A stretch of 64,000 bases of DNA, from NCBI GenBank assembly GCA_021738505.1, contig JAIPBW010000002.1:5231-69230 (forward strand). Reading direction: 5' to 3'. The notes below the pieces were generated by a model that was given only the letters and a program-made list of their open reading frames with translations, was not told the origin of the DNA and did not search any database. The position numbers and the translations under genes are program-made. Each line of letters begins with the position of its first letter. Positions within the stretch are counted from its first letter, which is position 1. Shown here in pieces: positions 47,331 to 56,113 of the stretch. Origin of the DNA: Bacteroidales bacterium. Lineage in GTDB: Bacteria > Bacteroidota > Bacteroidia > Bacteroidales > PWNQ01.

Positions 47331-48503
47331 ATGACCAAAGAATCAAAATACAATAAAAGGGGAGTTTCCGCATCAAAAGAAGATGTGCATAATGCAATTA
47401 AAAACATTGACAAGGGCTTGTTCCCCAATGCTTTCTGTAAAGTTGTCCCGGATGTTATCGGAGGGGATGAAAGCTATTGTAATGTAATGCATGCCGACGG
47501 TGCCGGAACAAAATCTTCCCTGGCATATGCCTACTGGAAAGAAACCGGCGATTTGTCTGTATGGAAAGGTATAGCTCAAGATGCTATTGTAATGAACCTG
47601 GATGATTTGCTTTGTGTTGGAATAACAGATAATATTTTGCTGTCTTCAACCATAGGGCGCAATAAAAATTTGATCCCGGGAGAGGTTCTTTCAGCGTTGA
47701 TCAATGGAACAGAAGAAATCCTTGAAAATCTTCGAAAGCAGGGACTCGGTATTTATCTTACCGGGGGTGAAACCGCCGATGTTGGCGATCTTGTCCGCAC
47801 TATTATCGTTGACTCAACAGTTACAGCGCGGACCAAAAAAACAAATATTATAGAAAATAATATCCGGGCTGGTGATGTTATTGTTGGGATGGCTTCTTAT
47901 GGCAAGGCGGAGTACGAGGATAGCTATAATGGCGGGATGGGGTCGAACGGCCTCACAGCAGCACGCCACGATGTATTCCATAAATCCGTAGGTGAATCTT
48001 TCCCGGAAACTTATGATCCGCAGCTGCCGAAAGACCTTTGCTACACAGGTAAAATGAAACTGACAGACCCTACGGAAGTAGCCAATATGGATGCCGGCAA
48101 GCTTGTGCTTTCACCTACAAGAACGTATGCCCCGGTAATGCATGAAATTTTAAAGAAATACCGCAAGGATATTCATGGAATTATTCATTGCAGTGGCGGA
48201 GCTCAAACGAAAGTGTTGCACTTTATCGAAAATTTGCATGTGGTTAAAGATAATATGTTTGAAGTGCCACCCCTTTTCCGGATGATCAAAGAACAATCTC
48301 AAACCGACTGGCGTGAGATGTATCAAGTCTTTAATATGGGGCATCGCATGGAATTATATATGGATGAAAAGGAGGCTTCAAAGATTATTGAAATTGCAAA
48401 ATCATTTGGCGTGGATGCTCAAATTGTTGGTAGAGTAGAGCAATCGGAGCAATCGAAAGTTACTATTAATTCCTATTATGGAACATTTACATATAATAAA
48501 TAA
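47331..48503 (+). CDS. purM: Phosphoribosylformylglycinamidine cyclo-ligase (AIR synthetase), long form
   Basis: YNKRGVSASKEDVH...MHADGAGTKS...LTGGETAD is a PurM-superfamily pattern. I place the ATG at 47331, after the upstream terminator. Confidence 0.8.
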   Translation: MTKESKYNKRGVSASKEDVHNAIKNIDKGLFPNAFCKVVPDVIGGDESYCNVMHADGAGTKSSLAYAYWKETGDLSVWKGIAQDAIVMNLDDLLCVGITDNILLSSTIGRNKNLIPGEVLSALINGTEEILENLRKQGLGIYLTGGETADVGDLVRTIIVDSTVTARTKKTNIIENNIRAGDVIVGMASYGKAEYEDSYNGGMGSNGLTAARHDVFHKSVGESFPETYDPQLPKDLCYTGKMKLTDPTEVANMDAGKLVLSPTRTYAPVMHEILKKYRKDIHGIIHCSGGAQTKVLHFIENLHVVKDNMFEVPPLFRMIKEQSQTDWREMYQVFNMGHRMELYMDEKEASKIIEIAKSFGVDAQIVGRVEQSEQSKVTINSYYGTFTYNK

Positions 48504-48533
48504 GAAAACAGGAAATAACAAAGGATAAACTAT

Positions 48534-49604
48534 ATGCTGGATAAATTAAAAGAATTTAAGCAACAATACGATGAGATCGAACAGCAGATGAGCGATCCTG
48601 AAATTATTGCCGACAGGAAGCGTTTCATCAAGCTTCATAAAGATTATAAAGATCTACAACCTTTGGTTGAAGCGTATCATGAATATGAGGAGTTACTTAG
48701 CAACATTGAATCTGCAAAAGAAATCATTCATAATGAAACCGATGATGAGTTTGTGAAAATGGCCAAAGAGGAATTGCAGGAATTTAATAAGCAGAAGGAA
48801 GAGCTGGATGAAAAAATCAAATATTTATTAATTCCGAAAGATCCTCAGGATAGCAAAAATGCTGTTATGGAAATTCGCGCCGGTACCGGTGGAGATGAAG
48901 CCGGGATCTTTGCCGGGGATTTATACCGGATGTATTCTAAATATATTGAAAATAAAGGCTGGAAGAAAGATCTAATAAGCAGGACGGAAGCACCGCAAGG
49001 AGGATATAAGGAGATCATTTTTAATGTAGAAGGAGAAAATGTTTATGGTACGCTGAAATATGAGTCGGGCGTGCATCGGGTGCAGCGAGTTCCGCAGACC
49101 GAAACACAGGGAAGAGTGCATACTTCAGCCGCTTCTGTGGCTGTCTTGCCTGAAGCTGAAGAATTTGATGTGGAAATCAAAGACTCCGATATACGTAAAG
49201 ATACATTTTGTGCTTCCGGACCCGGTGGACAATCTGTAAATACTACCTATTCAGCTGTACGATTAACGCATCATCCAACAGGAATCGTGGTGAGCTGTCA
49301 GGATGAAAAATCCCAAATTAAAAACCTGAATAAAGCCATGAAAGTTTTGCGCTCCCGTATCTATGAAATGGAGTATCAAAAATATCTGGATGAAATTTCA
49401 TCCAAAAGGAAAACAATGGTTTCCACAGGTGATCGATCAGCAAAAATACGCACCTATAATTATTCACAAGGCAGAGTGACGGATCACAGAATTAACCTGA
49501 CACTGTATAACCTTCAGAATATCATTGATGGCGATATAGATCAAATTATTGATGAATTGCAAACAGCCGAAAATGCAGAAAAACTGAAAGAAACAATCGG
49601 TTGA
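48534..49604 (+). CDS. prfA: Peptide chain release factor 1
   Basis: It has the PET-type tripeptide (VPQTET), the GGQ motif ([11 protein letters not shown]) and RF-1 length. Confidence 0.92.
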   Translation: MLDKLKEFKQQYDEIEQQMSDPEIIADRKRFIKLHKDYKDLQPLVEAYHEYEELLSNIESAKEIIHNETDDEFVKMAKEELQEFNKQKEELDEKIKYLLIPKDPQDSKNAVMEIRAGTGGDEAGIFAGDLYRMYSKYIENKGWKKDLISRTEAPQGGYKEIIFNVEGENVYGTLKYESGVHRVQRVPQTETQGRVHTSAASVAVLPEAEEFDVEIKDSDIRKDTFCASGPGGQSVNTTYSAVRLTHHPTGIVVSCQDEKSQIKNLNKAMKVLRSRIYEMEYQKYLDEISSKRKTMVSTGDRSAKIRTYNYSQGRVTDHRINLTLYNLQNIIDGDIDQIIDELQTAENAEKLKETIG

Positions 49605-49766
49605 TAATGATCTGAATACTGATGATCACATTCTTAAGAATCGAAAAAATGTGACCAATCGATCAGTTAAAAAACAGTAATTAAGAAAAACCGAGCAGGA
49701 ATTGAAAAAAATGGCATATTTGGAATGTAATAAACCGAGAAGAGTATCCTAAAAATCATTACTACC

Positions 49767-50645
49767 ATGAAAAAATCCGATCTTGTCAACTTAATAAAAT
49801 CAAAGCATTCTTTTCTTTGTATAGGCCTGGATAGCGATATTCAGAAAATTCCCAAACATTTGCTGAAAGCAGATGATCCTGTTTTTGAGTTTAATAAACA
49901 GATCATAGATGCTACTATTGATTTGGCGGTAGCCTATAAACCCAATATTGCATTTTATGAATCCCGGGGATCGGAAGGCTGGCAGTCACTGGAAAAAACC
50001 ATCGATTATATTCATTCCAAAGAGGAAGATGTTTTTACTATAGCTGATGCTAAGCGGGGAGATATTGGTAATTCATCAAAATATTATGCGGAAACATTTT
50101 TGTCTTCCGAAAAGCTTGATTTTGATGCTGTAACCGTATCACCCTATATGGGAAGAGATTCGGTTGAACCTTTTCTACAATACGATGGAAAATATGCTAT
50201 TGTTTTAGCTTTGACTTCAAATCCCGGAGCATCGGATTTTCAGTTGCCCCGCCATCAATTAACCGGAGGCCTGGAAAAGTTGGGGATCAAAACACAAAAT
50301 CGCAGAAAATTGTGGGAACAGGTTTTAATACGTTCCTACGACTGGGGTACAGAAGAGAATATGATGTTTGTTGTAGGAGCTACTAAAGCGGAAATGCTTG
50401 AAAAAATCCGGAGTATTATTCCTTACCACTTTTTGTTGGTGCCGGGTATCGGAGCGCAGGGAGGAAGCCTGGAAGAAGTTGCGCATTACGGGTTAACCCA
50501 TGATTGCGGATTGCTGGTGAATAGCTCCAGAGGAATTATTTTTGCTTCAGAAGGAGAGGATTTTGCTCAGCATGCAAGAGAAAAAGCACAAAAAATACAG
50601 AAAAAGATGGATTTTCTTTTAAAAGAAAAAGGAGTCACGTCATAA
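49767..50645 (+). CDS. pyrF: Orotidine-5'-phosphate decarboxylase, type 2
   Basis: LCIGLDSD...[11 protein letters not shown]...VPGIGAQGG are the supporting motifs. Confidence 0.85.
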   Translation: MKKSDLVNLIKSKHSFLCIGLDSDIQKIPKHLLKADDPVFEFNKQIIDATIDLAVAYKPNIAFYESRGSEGWQSLEKTIDYIHSKEEDVFTIADAKRGDIGNSSKYYAETFLSSEKLDFDAVTVSPYMGRDSVEPFLQYDGKYAIVLALTSNPGASDFQLPRHQLTGGLEKLGIKTQNRRKLWEQVLIRSYDWGTEENMMFVVGATKAEMLEKIRSIIPYHFLLVPGIGAQGGSLEEVAHYGLTHDCGLLVNSSRGIIFASEGEDFAQHAREKAQKIQKKMDFLLKEKGVTS

Positions 50646-50666
50646 GTGGATGTAGTAGAAAAGATT

Positions 50667-51410
50667 ATGATAATAAAACGAAACAGGTCGCTTATGCATA
50701 AATTTATATGGTTTGCCTTAATTATTTTTTTGCCGGCAGGACTAATAGCACAGGACGAGAAATCCTCAAAAGATGACACAACAAAAGAATATGCTATCGA
50801 TGACTATGAGGTGTTTAATAAGTTTTTAGGCGGAGATTCTGTGCGGAAGTGTCATGGGAGTCCCTGCAGAGGTAAAATTAAAGATCATCATGAAAATGGA
50901 GAGCTGAAGCATAAAGGGTATTATAAAGACGGTAAACTTACAACCAGCTATAAAAACTATTTCAATAATGGCCAGCTGGAACGTGCATTTCAAAAGAAAA
51001 ATTCAAATAAAGCTGAGGTTGAGATTTACTATAAAAACGGAGAAGTTCGCTCTGAAATAACCTATTTGCATAGTGAACCGCTGGAGTGGACCGAATATTT
51101 CCCAACAGGTAAAAAGGAATTTTATGAACGCCACCATAAAAGCTTACAATTTTTAGAAGAAAGAATTTACTTTTTTTCATCCGGACAAAAACAAAGTCAC
51201 TTAAAACTGAAGAATGAAGATAAAAAAATCTACGATAAAACGATTTTTTATAAAAATGGTAAAGTGAAAGCTGAAGGCGAAGTTTTATATAATCCCTATA
51301 TTTATGCATACAGAAGGGAAGGGGAATGGAAGTTTTATGATGAAAACGGGAAGCTTGAATTGAAGCAGGAGTTTGTAAAAGGGAAAGTTGTAAAAGAAGA
51401 AAAATTGTAG
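50667..51410 (+). CDS. Secreted MORN-variant repeat protein (YwqK-like)
   Basis: It has a signal peptide (FIWFALIIFLPAGLIAQ) and repeated G-x-L/K-x-x-G-x-Y-K/Y-x-G units. The start is uncertain (50646, 50667 or 50694). Confidence 0.6.
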   Translation: MIIKRNRSLMHKFIWFALIIFLPAGLIAQDEKSSKDDTTKEYAIDDYEVFNKFLGGDSVRKCHGSPCRGKIKDHHENGELKHKGYYKDGKLTTSYKNYFNNGQLERAFQKKNSNKAEVEIYYKNGEVRSEITYLHSEPLEWTEYFPTGKKEFYERHHKSLQFLEERIYFFSSGQKQSHLKLKNEDKKIYDKTIFYKNGKVKAEGEVLYNPYIYAYRREGEWKFYDENGKLELKQEFVKGKVVKEEKL

Positions 51411-51536
51411 CTTCAGGTTTTACCTTATTTCCCGATACTTTTTTAGTCTTGTCAGCAAAATTTCTTTTGCGATCTGACAAAATTGCATATTTCCGTATTG
51501 GCATATAACTTGCTAAATAGCGTGAAAAAGGCATTT

Positions 51537-52127
51537 ATGACAATTATAGAAGTTAATTCGTACGAAGATTTAATGGAAAAGCTGAAAGGACGCAAGAAAG
51601 CTTTTTTGTTGTTATTTAAAGAGGGGACCGAAAACAGTGAGTGTGCGCTGAAAAGCATGAAAAACACAAAGCTCCCGGAGAATACGGACACAGCAGTTCT
51701 GGCTGCTAATGTAGCCAGCGTCAGAGATATTCACACAAGATTTGGAATTAAATCAGCACCTACTTTGATGCGGTTCGAAAACGGAGAGTTTAAAAGTGAA
51801 GTGAAAGGATGTCACGATCCCGAATATTACGGCTCGCTGATAGCAAATGAACTTTATACGGCTTCCGGTGAACAGGAAGGCAAAAAGCAAAACCGTGTAA
51901 CCGTTTATTCAACACCATCTTGTCCACACTGCAACACATTAAAATCGCATTTGAGGCATCATGGTATTGCTTTCCGGGATATTAATGTTGCCGCTGACCA
52001 GGCAAAAGCACAGGAGCTTGTAAAACGTACCGGACAGCAGGGAGTTCCACAGGCTGAGATTAATGGACAATGGGTGCTGGGATTTGATAAGAGTAAAGTA
52101 AATCGGTTGTTAGGAATCGAAGACTAA
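51537..52127 (+). CDS. Thioredoxin-fold (single-Cys SECA) domain fused to a CPHC glutaredoxin-like domain
   Basis: The N-terminal half follows a Trx-fold pattern (AFLLLFKEGTENSECALKS...SAPTLMRFENGEF). The C-terminal half is RVTVYSTPSCPHCNTLKSHL...GVPQAEINGQWVLGFD (NrdH/Grx-like). Confidence 0.7.
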   Translation: MTIIEVNSYEDLMEKLKGRKKAFLLLFKEGTENSECALKSMKNTKLPENTDTAVLAANVASVRDIHTRFGIKSAPTLMRFENGEFKSEVKGCHDPEYYGSLIANELYTASGEQEGKKQNRVTVYSTPSCPHCNTLKSHLRHHGIAFRDINVAADQAKAQELVKRTGQQGVPQAEINGQWVLGFDKSKVNRLLGIED

Positions 52128-52158
52128 CATTTAAATAAAATATAAAAAACAAAATATC

Positions 52159-52443
52159 ATGAAAGAATTACAACCACTTAATGAAAATGTATTGCTGGAC
52201 TTAACCAGCGAACAGGAAGAAAAAACCTCCGGTGGAATTATTATCCCGGATACAGCAAAAGAAAAACCACAACATGCTAAAGTCGTTGCTATCGGCAATA
52301 TTGAAAATGCTGAAATCAAAATCGGCGATGTTGTGTTTTACAAAAAATTCAGCGGGTCTGAATTAAAACATGGTGATAAAGATTATCTGATTATTCCTTA
52401 TGCCGATTTATTGGCAAAAGTTGTAGAAACGGATGAAATTTAA
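52159..52443 (+). CDS. groES: GroES-like co-chaperonin (Cpn10 fold), with no adjacent groEL
   Basis: The 94-aa product LQPLNENVLLDL...EKTSGGIIIPDTAKEKPQHAKVVAIG...GDVVFYKKFSGSE...YLIIPYADLLAKV follows the GroES pattern. A terminator follows instead of groEL. Confidence 0.7.
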   Translation: MKELQPLNENVLLDLTSEQEEKTSGGIIIPDTAKEKPQHAKVVAIGNIENAEIKIGDVVFYKKFSGSELKHGDKDYLIIPYADLLAKVVETDEI

Positions 52444-52470
52444 ATTAAGATTGTAGCCAAACAGAAATAG

Positions 52471-52501
52471 ACCGGTACTTGTTGAAAGTGCCGGTTTTTT
52501 T
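52471..52501 (+). terminator. Rho-independent terminator after the GroES-like gene
   Basis: ACCGGTACT pairs with AGTGCCGGT (one G-U pair) and is followed by TTTTTTT. Confidence 0.75.
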
Positions 52502-52680
52502 ATTTGTAAACAGGATTGGTTCAAGTTTTATCAGGTAAGTCCGGCACATAATCATAACCTGCAACAAGCTCGCTCATGTTATGCTGTTGATAAATAGTTT
52601 GCTCCTAATTGTTATAAGCAGATCACGGTTAAAAGTCTCGCAATTTATAAAGCAGATTATAATGGTTTGTAAAATTATAT

Positions 52681-52688
52681 TATCTTTG
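52681..52688 (+). promoter_or_regulatory. -7 box for ppdK
   Basis: TATCTTTG lies 68 nt before the ATG at 52757. Confidence 0.45.
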
Positions 52689-52756
52689 TATTCCTAATCA
52701 AATTTAATGTATTAGTCTGATTACCAAACGCTATTTTAATATAAACAGGAGAAAAT

Positions 52757-55474
52757 ATGGCTGAAAGAAAAAATGTCTATCTCTTTGGCGACAAAACAGC
52801 TGAAGGAAATACATCAATGAAAAACCTGCTGGGTGGCAAAGGTGCCAACCTGGCGGAAATGAGTCTTGTAGGTGTTCCCGTCCCTCCGGGATTTACAATT
52901 ACCACCGAAGTTTGTACTGATTATAACAAACTGGGACCGGATAAGACTATAGAAATGATCAAGTCAGAAGTTACTGATGCTGTTCATTATGTAGAAAAAC
53001 TTATGGGTAATAAATTTGGCGACAGCAATAATCCCTGCCTGTTGTCTGTTCGCTCCGGTGCGCGTGTCTCTATGCCCGGAATGATGGATACTGTCCTTAA
53101 CCTCGGATTGAATGATGAATCCGTGGAGGGACTGGCAAAGAAAACAGGTAACGACCGCTTCGCATGGGATAGTTACCGCCGGTTTATTCAGATGTATGGT
53201 GATGTAGTCCTGGGCCTGAAGCCTGAATCAAAAGAAGATGAAGATCCTTTTGAACTTATCATCGAAAAGAAAAAAGAAAAACGAGGCGTTGAAAACGATG
53301 TGGAATTGACCACTGACGATTTAAGAGAACTCGTTACAGAATTTAAAAAAGCTGTTAAAGATAATTTAAATAAAGAATTCCCTGAAGATCCATGGGAACA
53401 GCTTTGGGGAGCCATTTTAGCTGTATTTGACAGTTGGAATACCAACCGGGCGAAATACTACCGCCGCATGAATAAAATCCCTCATGAATGGGGAACAGCA
53501 GTAAACGTACAGGCTATGGTCTTTGGTAACATGGGCGAAAACTCTGCTACCGGTGTTGCCTTTACCCGCGATGCCGGTACTGGTGAAGATATCTTTAACG
53601 GCGAATATCTTATCAATGCTCAGGGAGAAGATGTTGTTGCCGGAATCCGTACTCCGCAGCAAATTACATTGGAAGGCTCAAAGCGCTGGGCTGAATTGGC
53701 AGGTGTGACTGAAGAAGACAGAAAAAATAACTATCCGTCTCTCGAAGAAACTATGCCTGAAATTTATAAAGAGCTTGATAAAATTCAGCAAGACCTGGAG
53801 AACCATTATAAAGATATGCAAGACCTGGAATTTACTATCCAGGAAGGAAAATTATGGTTGTTGCAGACACGTAACGGAAAACGTACAGGTGCAGCTATGG
53901 TTAAAATAGCCATGGATATGCTGAATGATAAATTTATTGATGAGAAAACAGCCGTTTTACGCGTCGATCCAAGCAGAATGGATGAGATCCTGCATAACGT
54001 CTTTAAACCCGAAGCACTGAATCAGGCTAATGCAATTGCTAAAGGTCTTCCTGCTTCTCCGGGAGCTGCAACAGGCCAGATCGTGTTTTTTGCTGATGAA
54101 GCTGATAAATATGAGAATGCTTTACTTGTGCGCATTGAAACATCACCAGAGGATCTGGAAGGAATGAATGTGGCAAATGGCATCCTGACAGCTCGTGGCG
54201 GTATGACATCACATGCTGCTGTTGTTGCCCGTGGAATGGGTAAATGCTGTGTTTCCGGGGCAGGAGCTATCAAAGTGAACTACCGGGAAAGAACAATGAC
54301 TGTTGATGGTAAAGTATTTAAACAGGGCGACTGGTTGTCACTGAATGGCTCTACCGGAGAAGTTTATGAAGGTATGGTGGAAACAGAAGAACCTGAAGTG
54401 TCAGGTAATTTTGCCCATTTGATGGAGCTCTCCGATAAGTATAGCCGGATGCATGTCAGAACAAATGCTGATACGCCTCATGACTCAAAATCTGCCCGTG
54501 AATTTGGAGCTCAGGGAATTGGCCTGTGCCGTACAGAACACATGTTTTTTGAAGGAGACCGCATCAAAGCCATGCGCGAAATGATCCTTGCTGACGATGA
54601 GGAAGGAAGACGGAAAGCATTGAAAAAATTATTGCCTTATCAGAGAGAAGACTTTGAAGGTATCTTCACAGCCATGCAAGACCTGCCGGTGACAGTGCGT
54701 TTACTGGATCCACCATTACATGAGTTTGTTCCGCATGAAGAAAAGAATCAAAAAGAAATTGCGGAAGAACTAGGACTTTCACCTCAGGTGGTCAAAGAAC
54801 GTGTGGAATCTCTTATGGAGGTGAACCCGATGTTAGGTCATCGTGGTTGCCGTCTGGGAAATACATATCCCGAGATTACAGAAATGCAATCCCGCGCTAT
54901 TATTGAAGCCGCACTTAACCTTAAGAAGAAAGGGATAAAAGCAATACCTGAGATTATGGTTCCGCTAACAGGTACACTGGAAGAGATGAAGATGCAGGAA
55001 GACATTGTTCGCAATACAGTGAATACGGTCTTTGAAGAACAAAATGATACCATTGAGTATCTCGTGGGTACTATGATTGAAGTTCCTCGTGCTGCACTTA
55101 CTGCTGACGAGATTGCTAAATCAGCGGAATTCTTCTCATTTGGAACTAATGACCTGACGCAAATGGGCTTTGGCTATTCCCGGGACGATGCCGGCAAGTT
55201 CCTGCCAGTTTATCTGGAAAAAGGTATCATGAAACATGATCCATTCCAGGTTCTGGACCAAAATGGAATTGGCCAGCTTGTTGACATGGGAACCAAACGA
55301 GGCCGCCAAACCAATAAAGATCTTAAAGTTGGTATTTGTGGTGAACATGGAGGCGAACCCAGCTCAGTGGAATTCTGCCACCGCGTTGGAATGAATTATG
55401 TAAGTTGCTCGCCGTTCCGTGTGCCCATTGCACGCCTGGCTGCTGCTCAAGCTGCCCTCAAAGAAGAGAAATAA
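52757..55474 (+). CDS. ppdK: Pyruvate, phosphate dikinase
   Basis: GGKGANLAEM is at the N-terminus. The phospho-His loop is GGMTSHAAVVARG and the PEP-utilising C-terminal motif is GICGEHGGEP. The protein is 905 aa. Confidence 0.95.
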   Translation: MAERKNVYLFGDKTAEGNTSMKNLLGGKGANLAEMSLVGVPVPPGFTITTEVCTDYNKLGPDKTIEMIKSEVTDAVHYVEKLMGNKFGDSNNPCLLSVRSGARVSMPGMMDTVLNLGLNDESVEGLAKKTGNDRFAWDSYRRFIQMYGDVVLGLKPESKEDEDPFELIIEKKKEKRGVENDVELTTDDLRELVTEFKKAVKDNLNKEFPEDPWEQLWGAILAVFDSWNTNRAKYYRRMNKIPHEWGTAVNVQAMVFGNMGENSATGVAFTRDAGTGEDIFNGEYLINAQGEDVVAGIRTPQQITLEGSKRWAELAGVTEEDRKNNYPSLEETMPEIYKELDKIQQDLENHYKDMQDLEFTIQEGKLWLLQTRNGKRTGAAMVKIAMDMLNDKFIDEKTAVLRVDPSRMDEILHNVFKPEALNQANAIAKGLPASPGAATGQIVFFADEADKYENALLVRIETSPEDLEGMNVANGILTARGGMTSHAAVVARGMGKCCVSGAGAIKVNYRERTMTVDGKVFKQGDWLSLNGSTGEVYEGMVETEEPEVSGNFAHLMELSDKYSRMHVRTNADTPHDSKSAREFGAQGIGLCRTEHMFFEGDRIKAMREMILADDEEGRRKALKKLLPYQREDFEGIFTAMQDLPVTVRLLDPPLHEFVPHEEKNQKEIAEELGLSPQVVKERVESLMEVNPMLGHRGCRLGNTYPEITEMQSRAIIEAALNLKKKGIKAIPEIMVPLTGTLEEMKMQEDIVRNTVNTVFEEQNDTIEYLVGTMIEVPRAALTADEIAKSAEFFSFGTNDLTQMGFGYSRDDAGKFLPVYLEKGIMKHDPFQVLDQNGIGQLVDMGTKRGRQTNKDLKVGICGEHGGEPSSVEFCHRVGMNYVSCSPFRVPIARLAAAQAALKEEK

Positions 55475-55501
55475 TCTCTGAAATAATTTTTAGAATTGAT
55501 A

Positions 55502-55532
55502 ACCGCTCTGACAAAATCAGGGCGGTTTTTTT
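55502..55532 (+). terminator. Rho-independent terminator of ppdK
   Basis: ACCGCTCTG pairs with CAGGGCGGT and is followed by TTTTTTT. Confidence 0.8.
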
Positions 55533-55555
55533 AGTTTTAAATTTTCTGCATTGGG

Positions 55556-55790
55556 CTTTAAGCAGGTATGCAGAAGTGGGGCGCTGGCACGGAGCTGTCA
55601 GCGTCTGACCGAAGGGAGGCACTGACAGGTCTTTGGGAGTTACCGAAGGTGCGATGTTGCGAGTTGGCGAAGCGAAGAGGTGATAAGGCAAGTTGGCGAA
55701 GAGTTTCTCGCCCTGCGCTGGCTTGCCCCTTAAGGGGAAAGGGGTGCGGCAGGCTGGCAAAAAGATGGATGTTTTTTTTCTCACTGCACC
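55556..55790. repeat. GC-rich, G/A-skewed intergenic island B
   Basis: My hand count gives about 56% G+C. The hairpin CTGTCAG...CTGACAG is at 55595-55628. ACCGAAGG occurs twice and TTGGCGAAG twice. The palindrome CCCCTTAAGGGG is at 55726-55737. The 12-mer GCGAGTTGGCGA at 55659-55670 is the reverse complement of 23930-23941. Confidence 0.5.
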
Positions 55791-55825
55791 GCTAAGTAAT
55801 GTTTGTCAGTAAAGTCGAGTGGTTA

Positions 55826-55998
55826 GTTCATAATGTTTGAGTTCAAAGGTTACCCCGTTTTTTTTATCTGGGCCTGCCTCGTATTTATCGGGGGCTTGCG
55901 AAGTATTTAAAACCAAATAGTCCCGATTGGAACATCGGGATGACTGTGATAAAAAACGAGCGTAACGCAGAAATTGGACATTATGAACAAACACTAAG
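55826..55998. repeat. About 173-bp unit bounded by 11-bp perfect inverted repeats (MITE-like or structured RNA candidate)
   Basis: GTTCATAATGT (55826-55836) pairs with ACATTATGAAC (55988-55998). Inside is the hairpin TCCCGATtggaacATCGGGA (55921-55940), whose arms match the arms of the 23887-23904 palindrome. Confidence 0.35.
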
Positions 55999-56060
55999 TA
56001 AATCTTTTTTATACTAAACAACAAAAAAATCATTTCTTTCGTTTGTTTTTTTGAAGTTTT

Positions 56061-56079
56061 TGAGTAACTTTGTTACTCA
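56061..56079. promoter_or_regulatory. Perfect 19-bp palindrome overlapping the -7 box of the wHTH regulator gene (candidate autoregulatory operator)
   Basis: TGAGTAAC-TTT-GTTACTCA has 8-bp arms. The embedded TAACTTTG (56065-56072) matches TAnnTTTG. Confidence 0.45.
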
Positions 56080-56113
56080 TATTTTTCAGAAGTTCGTATT
56101 AAAAATTAAAACC

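Noticed and set aside
49711-49752. A 13-codon upstream ORF ([13 protein letters not shown]) lies ahead of pyrF and could be a leader peptide.
   Set aside because: I saw no associated alternative hairpins or terminator. Short ORFs of this size are expected by chance in AT-rich spacers.
55595-55660. Two copies of ACCGAAGG recall the conserved core of glycine-riboswitch aptamers. GACCGAAGGGAGGCAC recalls the SRP RNA helix-8 motif (GUCCGGAAGGAAGCAGC).
   Set aside because: The first ACCGAAGG sits inside a simple hairpin loop rather than at a multi-helix junction, and there is no GGAGAG element or CUCAGGCAAAAGGAC-like 3' part. The spacing between the copies (about 44 nt) is too short for tandem aptamers. 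No glycine-related gene follows. The SRP resemblance breaks down outside a few bases, and the motif is repeated, which fits a repeat family better.
55806-56033. A 75-aa minus-strand ORF lies in the ppdK-regulator spacer.
   Set aside because: The sequence has no recognisable features. It spans the inverted-repeat-bounded unit and hairpin, and it has no promoter box. It is more likely non-coding.
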